From: Pseudolabrys sp.
Lineage (GTDB): Bacteria > Pseudomonadota > Alphaproteobacteria > Rhizobiales > Xanthobacteraceae
DNA: 64,000 bases
Direction: 5' to 3'
Assembly: GCA_030655215.1 (NCBI GenBank)
Contig: JAURVZ010000091.1
Location: 3,137 to 67,136 of the forward strand
The notes beneath the pieces were generated by a model. It worked only from the letters and a program-made list of their open reading frames with translations, was not told the origin of the DNA and made no database searches. Shown piece after piece: positions 16,905 to 28,167 of this stretch. Every line of letters starts with the position of its first letter. The stretch's first letter is position 1. A program made the position numbers and the translations under genes.

Positions 16905-18518
16905 TTACGTATTCAACCAAACCGCCTCGAGCTGCTGCCCGAGATTGTGGCTCGGCGACATCGGCCAGCCCATCAGCGTCTTGTGCGTCGGCACGATGCG
17001 GTGCCACCACAACAGAGGCTGCTGATAGGCCTGCTCGAACACGCGCTTTTCAAAGGCGCGGATCAACGCCTTGCGCTTCTCCGGATCGCGTTCGCGCAAG
17101 TGCTCGTCGAAGATCTTGTCGAGCTGCTCGTCCTTGGAGCGCGAACGGTTTTCCGGCGCGCGGCTGAGCGACAGATATTTGGCAAGACCAAGGCTCGAGT
17201 CGTCCATGAACAAATTGGAAAAATCGATGGCAACGTCATGGTTGCCGGCGTTCATGGTGGCGAGGTACGGGCCGGTGTCCGACTGCTTGTGCTCGACCTC
17301 GACGCCGATCTGGCGCCACTGATCGACCAGGAACACGCCGGCCGGCGTGTAGGGCATCGCCAGGTTGCGGTTCCAGAGAACGAATTTGAGGTTCTCCTGC
17401 CCGGCTTCCTTGAGCAGCTTCTTGGCTTCCTCGCGCGATGCCTTGATGTCCTTGGAGAAGCCCGGCAGCTTGACCAGTTCGGCTTCCGGCGTTGCGAAGG
17501 GCGAGCCGGGGCGGATCACGCCGCCGACCGAGCGCAAGGTCGAGATCTTCGACAGGCCATTGCTGCCGCCCCAGCGGTCGATAGCCAGCAGCAAGGCTTT
17601 GCGGACGCGCACGTCGTCGAACGGCTTCTTGTCGACGTTGAAGCAGACGAGAAGATTGAGCGTCCAGCTATCTTCTTCGATGCGGATCTTGTCGCCCATC
17701 GTCTGCACCAGACGATCGCGTTCCGCCGGCGAGATACCGCGGAATTCGGCGAGCACCTGGCCGCCTTGCACGGCATTGAGCATCGCCGCCGCTTGCAGCG
17801 TGAAGATGCCCTTGAAGCCGTCGAGATAGGGGAAGCCCTTCTTGAAATAGGCGTCGTTCTTCTTGCCGGCGACGTGGCTGCCCTTGACGTGTTCGACGAA
17901 GGTGAAGGGGCCGGTGCCGTTGATCTTGGTGCGCGGGCCGGTCGGGTTTTCAGTGATGTCCTTGGCCGCATAGATGACGTTCCACGGCGAGGCGAAGTGC
18001 TCGAGCATCGACGCGTTGACGTTCTTCATCTTGAAGATAACGGTCAGCGGATCGGGCGTTTCGATCTCGCCGATGTCAGCGAAGGTCGCCTGACGCGTCG
18101 ACACCACGCCGGCCGGCGGGTTGCGCATGCGGTCATAGCTCGCCTTCACGTCGGCCGAGGTGAGGGACTGGCCGTCGTGGAATTTCACGTCCGGCGTCAG
18201 CTTGAACGTGTAGGTCATCAGGTCCGGCGCGACTGTCCATGATGCGGCAAGGTCGCCTTCGAGGCCGGGGAATTTCTTGAGGTCGAAGCGCAGCAACGTC
18301 GAATAGAAGGGGGCTGCGAAATGCAGCGCCGCATAAGTGTCGCTGCCGGTCGGGTCGTAGTGCGGCGTTTCGGCGCTGATAGCGAAGTTCAAGGTGCCGC
18401 CGCGCTTGACGTTCGGCGCCTGCGCATTGGCCTTGGTGAAATCGAAATTGAAGCCACTCATGCCGAGCGCCAGCGCGCCGGCTGTGCCTTGCAGGGCCGT
18501 TCTTCTGGAAATCTTCAT
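16905..18518 (-). CDS. ABC transporter substrate-binding protein, family 5, Tat signal
   Basis: SRRTAL Tat motif; DLAASW, KFHDG and GTGPF motifs. Confidence 0.92.
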   Translation of the reverse strand: MKISRRTALQGTAGALALGMSGFNFDFTKANAQAPNVKRGGTLNFAISAETPHYDPTGSDTYAALHFAAPFYSTLLRFDLKKFPGLEGDLAASWTVAPDLMTYTFKLTPDVKFHDGQSLTSADVKASYDRMRNPPAGVVSTRQATFADIGEIETPDPLTVIFKMKNVNASMLEHFASPWNVIYAAKDITENPTGPRTKINGTGPFTFVEHVKGSHVAGKKNDAYFKKGFPYLDGFKGIFTLQAAAMLNAVQGGQVLAEFRGISPAERDRLVQTMGDKIRIEEDSWTLNLLVCFNVDKKPFDDVRVRKALLLAIDRWGGSNGLSKISTLRSVGGVIRPGSPFATPEAELVKLPGFSKDIKASREEAKKLLKEAGQENLKFVLWNRNLAMPYTPAGVFLVDQWRQIGVEVEHKQSDTGPYLATMNAGNHDVAIDFSNLFMDDSSLGLAKYLSLSRAPENRSRSKDEQLDKIFDEHLRERDPEKRKALIRAFEKRVFEQAYQQPLLWWHRIVPTHKTLMGWPMSPSHNLGQQLEAVWLNT

Positions 18519-18560
18519 CGTGTCTCCTCCTGTGTTTATTTTTTTGATCGTATAGGCAGC

Positions 18561-20618
<2,058 letters not shown>

Positions 20619-20853
20619 ACCCAGAATCCTCCCAAAGCGCCCCCGCGGTGCTCATTCGAGCTTCCCGCGTTCCCCCGTACCGTAGAATGCGGTGCAGTTT
20701 ACAATCGTGCAAGTCTGATCGCCCGGCCCTGATGATTAGTCGCAGCCTAAATCATGCCGAAATAAGCTCGTCTTCATGGATTCTGGCTAAACTACAGGCA
20801 AAGTCCCTTGGACTTTCTGCGGGATATTGCTGACGTCAGTTTTTGTGCATATT

Positions 20854-20865
20854 TGGTGCGGTGCA
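20854..20865 (-). promoter_or_regulatory. PhaR-like box upstream of malonyl-CoA decarboxylase
   Basis: TGGTGCGGTGCA is identical to the 12-mer at 39567-39578 upstream of the phasin. Its reverse complement TGCACCGCACCA fits TGCRNYGCASMA. A second core TGCGGTGCA lies at 20688-20696. Confidence 0.55.
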
Positions 20866-20891
20866 CTTGGAATAGCGAAGCGTTCAAAACC

Positions 20892-22259
20892 ATGAATACC
20901 TCCTTCTTCGGCGAGCTTCTCCAGACCATTTCCGACCGCGGCCGCGCGCTGCTCGATTTGGGCCGCGACAAGCGCAGCAACATCGCGGCACGATCGGAAA
21001 ATCTGATCGAGCTATGCGAACATTTGCTCTCCGGCCGGGGCGAAGCCTCCGGCGTGGCGCTGGCGCGCGAAATCCTCGGCCTCTACGCGGAATTGACGCC
21101 GGCCGCGCGCGCGGAATTTTTCGAAGCCCTGGCCAAGCGTTTCGGAACCGACCCAAAGCGCATGGAAAAGGCGATTGCCGCGTGGCGCGACAATCCGTCC
21201 GACACGACGGCGGCCGATGTGCACGCTGCGTCCGAGCCGCGCCGGCAGGAGCTGTTTCGCCGTCTCAATCTCGGGCCGGGCGGCACACAGGCGCTGGTGC
21301 GCATGCGTGAGCATCTGCTCGATGTGCCGGGCAAGCGTCCGGACCTCGTGCCGGTCAATGACGACTTCGTGCATTTGTTCTCGTCGTGGTTCAACCGCGG
21401 CTTCCTTGTGCTGCGCCGCATCGACTGGTCGACGCCGGCCATCGTGCTGGAAAAAATCATTCGCTATGAGGCCGTGCACGAGATCCGCGGCTGGGACGAT
21501 CTGCGCCGCCGCATCGATCCGCCGGACCGGCGCTGTTTCGCGTTCTTTCATCCCGCGCTTGTCGATGAGCCTTTGATCTTCGTCGAAGTGGCGCTGGAGC
21601 GCGAGATCCCCGGCGCGATTGCGCCGGTGCTGGCGAGCGGCCGGCTTGAGCATGTGCCGCTCGAGAAGGCGCGCGTCGCGGTGTTCTATTCGATCTCGAA
21701 TTGTCAGCGCGGCCTTGCCGGCGTGTCATTCGGCAACTTCCTGATCAAGCAGGTGGTTGAGGAGTTGTCGCGTGAACTGCCGAAGCTGACGACATTCGTG
21801 ACCTTGTCGCCGGTGCCGAATTTCGCGCGCTGGCTGGAGAGCGAACTGAAGGCGGAGAAGTCAGCGATCATCAACGACACGGATCGCGGCCTGCTCTCGC
21901 TGATGGAGCGGCCGCATTGGTGGACCGACCCGGAGATTTTCACCAAGCTGGAAGACCCGCTGCGCCGCGCCGCGGCTTATTATTATCTGCGCGCCAAGAC
22001 CAAGGCGGGGCTGCCGGTCGACGCCGTGGCGCGCTTCCATCTCGGCAACGGCGCGCGGCTCGAGCGCATCAACTGGCTCGGCGATACATCGGACAAGGCG
22101 ATCGCGCAGGCCTGCGGCTTGATGGTCAATTATCTTTATGACCTCGACGATATCGAGAAGAACCACGAGGCCTTTGCCGAAGGCCGCACCGTGGTCGCCT
22201 CCAATGCTGTGCAGCGTCTGCTGCGTCCGACCTTGGAGCTGGTGCCGATTACTGGGTAG
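20892..22259 (+). CDS. matA: Malonyl-CoA decarboxylase
   Basis: YEAVH, DRRCFAFFHP, FYSISNCQRGLAGVSFGNFLIK, TLSP and FHLGNGA motifs; start re-called at ATG 20892. Confidence 0.93.
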   Translation: MNTSFFGELLQTISDRGRALLDLGRDKRSNIAARSENLIELCEHLLSGRGEASGVALAREILGLYAELTPAARAEFFEALAKRFGTDPKRMEKAIAAWRDNPSDTTAADVHAASEPRRQELFRRLNLGPGGTQALVRMREHLLDVPGKRPDLVPVNDDFVHLFSSWFNRGFLVLRRIDWSTPAIVLEKIIRYEAVHEIRGWDDLRRRIDPPDRRCFAFFHPALVDEPLIFVEVALEREIPGAIAPVLASGRLEHVPLEKARVAVFYSISNCQRGLAGVSFGNFLIKQVVEELSRELPKLTTFVTLSPVPNFARWLESELKAEKSAIINDTDRGLLSLMERPHWWTDPEIFTKLEDPLRRAAAYYYLRAKTKAGLPVDAVARFHLGNGARLERINWLGDTSDKAIAQACGLMVNYLYDLDDIEKNHEAFAEGRTVVASNAVQRLLRPTLELVPITG

Positions 22260-22262
22260 CGA

Positions 22263-22955
22263 TTATGACTTCCCATACACCGGCACGATCGCCCCGCGGG
22301 TGACCTTGTTGTCCTGAGACGCGAGAAACAAAATTGTTGCTGCGACGTCCTCGACCTTCGGCCAGGCGTCGAAGTCCGCCTTCGGCATCGATTTTCTGTT
22401 CGCGGGCGTATCCATGATCGATGGCGCCACGGCATTGACCAATATGCCGTCTTTGGCCACTTCCTCAGCCAAAGCGAAGGTGAGTGTCGCCACGCCGTTC
22501 TTGGCGATCGTATAGGCAGTCATGCCGGCGCCCGTGCGGGGCTCCAGCGCCGGACGGGCCGCGACATTGACGATGCGGCCGCCAATACCGGTCATCGCAC
22601 CAATCGCCGCGCGGCAGCACAGGAAGCACGACACGAGATTGCCGTCGATTTGCGCCATCAGCGCCGCCTTGTCGGTGTCGGCCACCTTGCCGGGCGCAAA
22701 GCCGCCAGCAATATGAATCGACGCCCATAATGGGATGCCGTCATAAAGTGTGGCAACCACGGCTTCGTCGGCAAGATCGCCGGCGGCGACCAGCTTCACC
22801 TTCGGATTGTCGCGGTGCTCGAAGCGTTGCGCTTCGCTCTCGCGCCGGTAGGGAATGATGCAGGTCGCGCCGGCGGTGAGCAGTCCATCGACGACAGCCG
22901 CGCCCAGCGCGCCCGTGCCGCCGGTAACAACGACATGTTTGCCCACGTAGTCCAT
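22263..22955 (-). CDS. Short-chain dehydrogenase/reductase
   Basis: TGGTGALG and YxxxK (YTIAK) motifs; DTPANR. Confidence 0.9.
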   Translation of the reverse strand: MDYVGKHVVVTGGTGALGAAVVDGLLTAGATCIIPYRRESEAQRFEHRDNPKVKLVAAGDLADEAVVATLYDGIPLWASIHIAGGFAPGKVADTDKAALMAQIDGNLVSCFLCCRAAIGAMTGIGGRIVNVAARPALEPRTGAGMTAYTIAKNGVATLTFALAEEVAKDGILVNAVAPSIMDTPANRKSMPKADFDAWPKVEDVAATILFLASQDNKVTRGAIVPVYGKS

Positions 22956-23822
22956 TTAACCCCGCCCGCGCTTCACGCGCGTCGGCAGAACCTGCAAATC
23001 AATCCAGTTGGCGACCTCGCTGGTGCGCAGCTTCTTGTCGAGCACGTTGCGGCTGATGCCATGCCGCCATGACAGGCGCTTGCAGTCGGGATCGGTGTCG
23101 AGCGAATCGAGGTCCTGCGCGAAGCCCTTCATGTCGGTCTCATCGGCGAAGAAGCCTTCGCGAATGAGGCCAAGCCCGATGCGGCGCACGATAGTCGCCA
23201 ATTCACGCATCGGATATTCCGGATGATATTGCACGCCCCAGGCGATAGACCCCTTGGTGCGGAATTCGACGCTCTGCACTTCCGACGTCGCATTGCTGGC
23301 CAGCACGGTGGCGCCCGGCGGCAGCACTTCGACCTCGTCGAGATGCACGGTCGGCGCATTGAACACGTCGAGCTTGCCGACATACATGGGATGCTTGCGG
23401 CCCGCCTCGGTCAGGCGAATGCCGCGGCCGAAGCCAATCTCGCGGCCCTTCGGATTTTTGCGCACCACGCCGCCGGCGGCGACGGTGATCACCTGCAGGC
23501 CCCAGCACGAACCGAACAAAGGCGTGCCGGTGCCGAGCGCCTCGCGCACCAGATCGACCTGCCGCATCACCTCTTCGCCGCCATTATAGACATGCAGGCT
23601 CGAGCCGGTGATGGCGATGCCGTCATAGCCGGCCAGCGACTCGCCCTTGGGCAGCAGCGCGGTCGTATCGGCCGGCGTGCAGATATCGACCGCGGCGCCG
23701 GGCAGCAATTCACGCAGCAGATCGGAATAGCCTTTGCTCGCCGGCGTGCCGCCATAGGAGACATGCTCGGCCATGGTTGCCGGCGTATTGCCTTCGATAA
23801 CGAGCAGGCGGGGGGAGGGCAT
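22956..23822 (-). CDS. Class I glutamine amidotransferase domain protein
   Basis: GSCWGLQ nucleophile elbow and QYHPE; start re-called at ATG 23822. Confidence 0.88.
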   Translation of the reverse strand: MPSPRLLVIEGNTPATMAEHVSYGGTPASKGYSDLLRELLPGAAVDICTPADTTALLPKGESLAGYDGIAITGSSLHVYNGGEEVMRQVDLVREALGTGTPLFGSCWGLQVITVAAGGVVRKNPKGREIGFGRGIRLTEAGRKHPMYVGKLDVFNAPTVHLDEVEVLPPGATVLASNATSEVQSVEFRTKGSIAWGVQYHPEYPMRELATIVRRIGLGLIREGFFADETDMKGFAQDLDSLDTDPDCKRLSWRHGISRNVLDKKLRTSEVANWIDLQVLPTRVKRGRG

Positions 23823-23982
23823 TTCCGGTCCTTGAAACGATTGTGGGCCCGTGAATATGGCCAAAAACTTATGTCCAAGCCAAGGCTATATGTTTGATTC
23901 GTGCGGCTTTAAGTGATGTTAACGCGCCGGGCGCTAGATTGTGCCCAGGAAAATCCCGCTGCAAAGAGCTTGACCCAAGGCC

Positions 23983-25470
23983 ATGGCCGACTACGACCTC
24001 GCGATTATTGGTGGCGGTATCAACGGGACCGGCCTGGCGCGTGACGCCGCGGGCCGTGGACTCAGCGTGCTGCTGGTCGAAATGAATGACCTCGCCTCCG
24101 GCACCTCGTCGGCCTCGTCCAAGCTTATCCATGGCGGCCTGCGCTATCTTGAACATGGCGCCTTCCGGCTGGTGCGCGAGGCGCTCAATGAGCGCGAGGT
24201 GCTGCTGCGCATGGCACCGCATCTGATCTATCCGATGCGCTTCGTGCTGCCGCCGATGCCCGGCCTGCGCGCCCCGCTGAAGCTGCGTTTCGGCCTGATG
24301 CTGTATGACTGGCTCGGTGCCCGCAAGCTGCTGCCGAAGTCGAAGACGATCGATCTCACACACCATGTCGTCGGCCAGCCGCTGAAGCGCATCTTCCGTT
24401 ACGCCTTCGAATATTCCGATTGCTGGGTCGATGACAGCCGCCTCGTCGTGCTGAATGCTGTCGATGCCGCCGAGCGCGGCGCCACCATTCGCACGCGCAC
24501 GCGCTGTGTCCGCGTCGAGCGGCGCGACGAGTGGGAGCTGGTGCTGAACAGCCGCGGCAAGCGCGAGACCGCGACCGCGCGCGTGCTGATCAATGCCGCC
24601 GGACCCTGGATCGGCGAAGTCGCCGACACCATCATCCGCGACAAGTTGAAGGCGCCGGTGCGTCTGGTCAAAGGCAGCCACATCGTCGTGCGCCGCCGCT
24701 TCGATCACAGCAGCGGTTATATATTGCAGGCCAAGGATGGCCGCGTCGTTTTCGCGCTACCTTTCGCCGGTGACTTCACCCTGATCGGCACCACGGACGA
24801 AAACTTCGTCGGCGATCTCAAATCGCCGGCGCCGGACACGGCCGAGATCATGTATCTCTGCGAGGTCGCCAACGAATATTTCCGCGACAAGATCACGCCG
24901 GACGAACTGGTCTGGTCCTATTCCGGCGTGCGCTCGCTCTACAATGACGGCCAAGGAAAGCCGGAGGACGTGACGCGCGATTATGTGCTGGCGCTCGACG
25001 AGAAGAAAAAGCTGGCGCCGCTGCTCACCGTCTATGGCGGCAAGATCACCACCTATCGTCGGCTTGCCGAGCAGGCGATGGCGAAGCTCGGCAAATTCTT
25101 TCAGGGGAAGCCGGCCTGGACAGCGGGCACATCTTTGCCGGGCGGCGAGTTTCCGCCGGATGGCTTCAACGACGTTGTTTCTGAAATGCTGACGCGTTGG
25201 CCGTTTTTGCCGAAGCCAATGGCCGAGCGTCTGGTCCGCGCCTATGGCCTGCGCTGCGCGCGCTTCCTCGGCGAGGCGAAAAGCATGGCCGATCTTGGGC
25301 CTCTGCTGACCGGCGATCTCACCGGTGCCGAAGTGAAGTATCTGGTTGGCAATGAATGGGCCTCCACCGCAGATGACGTGCTGTGGCGGCGCAGCAAGCT
25401 CGGCATCGCCGCGACCGCAGAAGAGCGCACCGCCGTCTCGCGATTCATTGCCTCGCTCAATGTGCCCTAG
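23983..25470 (+). CDS. glpD: Glycerol-3-phosphate dehydrogenase (FAD)
   Basis: IIGGGING, GTSSASSKLIHGGLRYLE and GGKITTYR motifs. Confidence 0.95.
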   Translation: MADYDLAIIGGGINGTGLARDAAGRGLSVLLVEMNDLASGTSSASSKLIHGGLRYLEHGAFRLVREALNEREVLLRMAPHLIYPMRFVLPPMPGLRAPLKLRFGLMLYDWLGARKLLPKSKTIDLTHHVVGQPLKRIFRYAFEYSDCWVDDSRLVVLNAVDAAERGATIRTRTRCVRVERRDEWELVLNSRGKRETATARVLINAAGPWIGEVADTIIRDKLKAPVRLVKGSHIVVRRRFDHSSGYILQAKDGRVVFALPFAGDFTLIGTTDENFVGDLKSPAPDTAEIMYLCEVANEYFRDKITPDELVWSYSGVRSLYNDGQGKPEDVTRDYVLALDEKKKLAPLLTVYGGKITTYRRLAEQAMAKLGKFFQGKPAWTAGTSLPGGEFPPDGFNDVVSEMLTRWPFLPKPMAERLVRAYGLRCARFLGEAKSMADLGPLLTGDLTGAEVKYLVGNEWASTADDVLWRRSKLGIAATAEERTAVSRFIASLNVP

Positions 25471-25592
25471 GCACTTGTCATGGTTGACGGGCGCTTAACG
25501 TCATCGGCGCAATTGCCAGTTCCGGTTTCATCGCACCACCATCTCTTTCTGCTTGAATGATTCTGTAGATTATCGATTGCAGTGGATCGCCT

Positions 25593-26105
25593 ATGACGAC
25601 GCCATCACTCGAAGCCCGCTTCGCCGCCGCCAAAGTGCTCATCGTCGATGACGAGCACTTCATGCGCAAAGTCGTTCGCACCTTGCTGATGAGCATGGGC
25701 GTGCGCACGATTTATGAAGCGGCCGACGGCCCGGCTGGGCTTGAGACGATCCGCACCGTGATGCCGGATCTCGTCATTCTCGATTGGGAAATGCCGGGTC
25801 TCGATGGCGCCGGCTTTGTCCGCATGGTGCGCTCGCCGCAGACTTTCCCGATGCCCGATATTCCGATCATCATGCTCACAGGCCATGGCGAACGCTCGCG
25901 TGTCATCGAGGCGGTCGAAATCGGCGTCAACGAATTTCTGCTCAAGCCGGTGTCGTCCAAGGCGCTGCGCGACCGCATGATCGCGGTGATGACCAAGCCG
26001 CGGCCGCTGGTGAAGTCCGGCGGCTATTACGGACCGGCGCCGCGCAAGCTCGTTGATATCCATCAGGACAATGACGAGGCCGGCACGTTGGTGTTCCTGA
26101 ACTAG
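25593..26105 (+). CDS. Single-domain response regulator (CheY-like, Cle-like C-terminus)
   Basis: VDD, LDWEMP, MLT and LKP receiver motifs; C-terminal GYYGPAPR. Confidence 0.88.
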   Translation: MTTPSLEARFAAAKVLIVDDEHFMRKVVRTLLMSMGVRTIYEAADGPAGLETIRTVMPDLVILDWEMPGLDGAGFVRMVRSPQTFPMPDIPIIMLTGHGERSRVIEAVEIGVNEFLLKPVSSKALRDRMIAVMTKPRPLVKSGGYYGPAPRKLVDIHQDNDEAGTLVFLN

Positions 26106-26176
26106 CTCTCATAAATCGGTTCGCGCGGACGCGCGTCATGCGCTAGCCTTGGCCGACGTCAAGGCCGGGGAAACAC

Positions 26177-27667
26177 TTGCCGAACCATCTCATTGCCATC
26201 GATCAGGGGACGACATCGACGCGCGCGATTGTTTTCGATGCGCAGCTCAAGCCGCACGCCACGGCGCAGCGCGAATTGAAGCAGATCTATCCGGCGCCCG
26301 GCTGGGTCGAGCACGATTCGGAAGAAATCTGGCAGGCGACGGTCGCGACGGTGCGCGAGGCGATGGCTACGGCCGGTCTTGGCGAGAAGGACATCGCCGG
26401 CATCGGCATCACCAATCAGCGCGAGACCAGCGTCATCTGGGACCGCGCGACGGCTAATCCGATCTACAACGCCATCGTCTGGCAGGATCGCCGCACGGCT
26501 GATTATTGCGAGGCCTTGCGCGCCGCCGGTCATGAGCCGGAGATCGCGGCCAAGTCCGGCCTGCTGCTCGATCCGTATTTCTCCGCCAGTAAGATCGCCT
26601 GGCTGCTCGATAACGTTGAGGGCGCACGCGCCAAGGCGGAAGCGGGCAAGCTCGCTTTCGGCAGCATCGACAGCTTTCTGTTGTGGCGGCTGACCGGCGG
26701 CAAGGTGCATGCCACCGACGCCACCAATGCCGCGCGCACCAATTTGCTCGATATAAGCACGGGTGCCTGGGACGACGGCCTGTGCGAGATCTTCGGTGTA
26801 CCGCAAAGCCTGCTGCCAGAGGTGCGCGACTGCGCCGGTGAGTTCGGCGTCACCACGCCGGAGCTATTCGGCGGTCCGATCCGTATTCTCGGCATGGCCG
26901 GCGATCAGCAGGCGGCGACCATCGGGCAGGGCTGCTTCTCGCCCGGCATGATGAAGTCGACTTATGGCACGGGTTGCTTCGTGCTGCTCAACACCGGCGA
27001 TCAGCGCGTCACCTCACGGAACCGGCTGCTGACCACCATTGCCTATCAACTCGACGGCAAACGCACTTATGCGTTGGAAGGCGCGATCTTCATTGCCGGC
27101 GCCGCCGTGCAGTGGCTGCGCGATGGCCTGAAGGTCATAGCCGCCTCATCGGAGGTGAATGCGTTGGCGGCAAGCGCCGATCCGGCCGAACAGGTTTACA
27201 TGGTGCCGGCCTTTGTCGGCCTCGGCGCGCCCTATTGGGATCCGCAGGCGCGTGGCGCTATCTTCGGCTTGACGCGCAATTCCGGTGCGCCGGAAATCGC
27301 CCGCGCCGCGCTCGATGCCGTCGGCTATCAAACCCGCGATTTGCTTGAGGCGATGCATGCCGACTGGCCGGCGGCCGGTGCGGCGCGCACGATCCTGCGC
27401 GTCGATGGCGGCATGACGTCGAGTGACGCCGCCATGCAATTCCTCGCCGACATTCTGGCCAGCCCGGTTGACCGCCCCGTTGTCATGGAGACGACGGCGC
27501 TCGGCGCCGCCTATCTCGCCGGCCGCGCCGCTGGTCTGTGCCCCGATCTCGACGGCTTCGCCGCGCAATGGCGGCTCGACCGCCGCTTTGAGCCCGAGAT
27601 GGACGCGCAGATGCGTGAAACCAAATACGCCGGCTGGAAGGATGCGGTGCGCCGCACTTTATCATGA
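26177..27667 (+). CDS. glpK: Glycerol kinase
   Basis: [28 protein letters not shown] and TYGTGCF motifs; TTG start. Confidence 0.95.
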   Translation: MPNHLIAIDQGTTSTRAIVFDAQLKPHATAQRELKQIYPAPGWVEHDSEEIWQATVATVREAMATAGLGEKDIAGIGITNQRETSVIWDRATANPIYNAIVWQDRRTADYCEALRAAGHEPEIAAKSGLLLDPYFSASKIAWLLDNVEGARAKAEAGKLAFGSIDSFLLWRLTGGKVHATDATNAARTNLLDISTGAWDDGLCEIFGVPQSLLPEVRDCAGEFGVTTPELFGGPIRILGMAGDQQAATIGQGCFSPGMMKSTYGTGCFVLLNTGDQRVTSRNRLLTTIAYQLDGKRTYALEGAIFIAGAAVQWLRDGLKVIAASSEVNALAASADPAEQVYMVPAFVGLGAPYWDPQARGAIFGLTRNSGAPEIARAALDAVGYQTRDLLEAMHADWPAAGAARTILRVDGGMTSSDAAMQFLADILASPVDRPVVMETTALGAAYLAGRAAGLCPDLDGFAAQWRLDRRFEPEMDAQMRETKYAGWKDAVRRTLS

Positions 27668-28167
27668 GCATCAGCAATAAAAACGCCGAAGCCCTGATCC
27701 AGCACCTCAAGGTGCTGGTGGTCGATGACAGCGCGTTCGCGCGCAAGATTACCCGCGCGCTGCTCAACAATCTCGGCATCAAGGCGATCACCGAAGCCAG
27801 CGATGGCATCGCCGCGCTGGAAGTGATCCGCCAGGCGCCGCCCGACGTCATCATCCTCGATTGGGAAATGCCGTTGCTGAACGGACCGGAACTGGTGCGC
27901 ATCGTGCGCTCGCCGGGCGTGTTTCCGGCGCCCGATGTGCCGATCATTATGCTGTCGTCGCATGGCGACAAACGGCGCGTGCTTGAGGCGCTGACGCTCG
28001 GCGTCAATGAATTCCTGTGTAAGCCGGTGTCGGCCAAGGCGCTGCTCGACCGGCTGGTGTCGATCCTGGCCAAGGCGCGCGAGAGCGTGCAGCTCGATGG
28101 CTATTACGGCCCGGCGCTGCGCGCGCCAAAGCTCGATGGCAGCAAGCCGACCGGTCTCTCGAAATAA
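27664..28167 (+). CDS. Single-domain response regulator, paralogue of 25593-26105
   Basis: VDD, LDWEMP and CKP motifs; C-terminal GYYGPALR; ATGA overlap with glpK. Confidence 0.88.
   Translation: MSISNKNAEALIQHLKVLVVDDSAFARKITRALLNNLGIKAITEASDGIAALEVIRQAPPDVIILDWEMPLLNGPELVRIVRSPGVFPAPDVPIIMLSSHGDKRRVLEALTLGVNEFLCKPVSAKALLDRLVSILAKARESVQLDGYYGPALRAPKLDGSKPTGLSK

Noticed and set aside
16774-17010. Short ORF spanning the REP pair (also ORF 44606-44944 starting MPGLVPGIHV)
   Set aside because: These are translations of palindromic repeat sequence, a common source of spurious hypothetical proteins.
23908-23923. CtrA-like site upstream of glpD
   Set aside because: Spacing is TTAA-N6-TTAAC, not N7; too weak to call.
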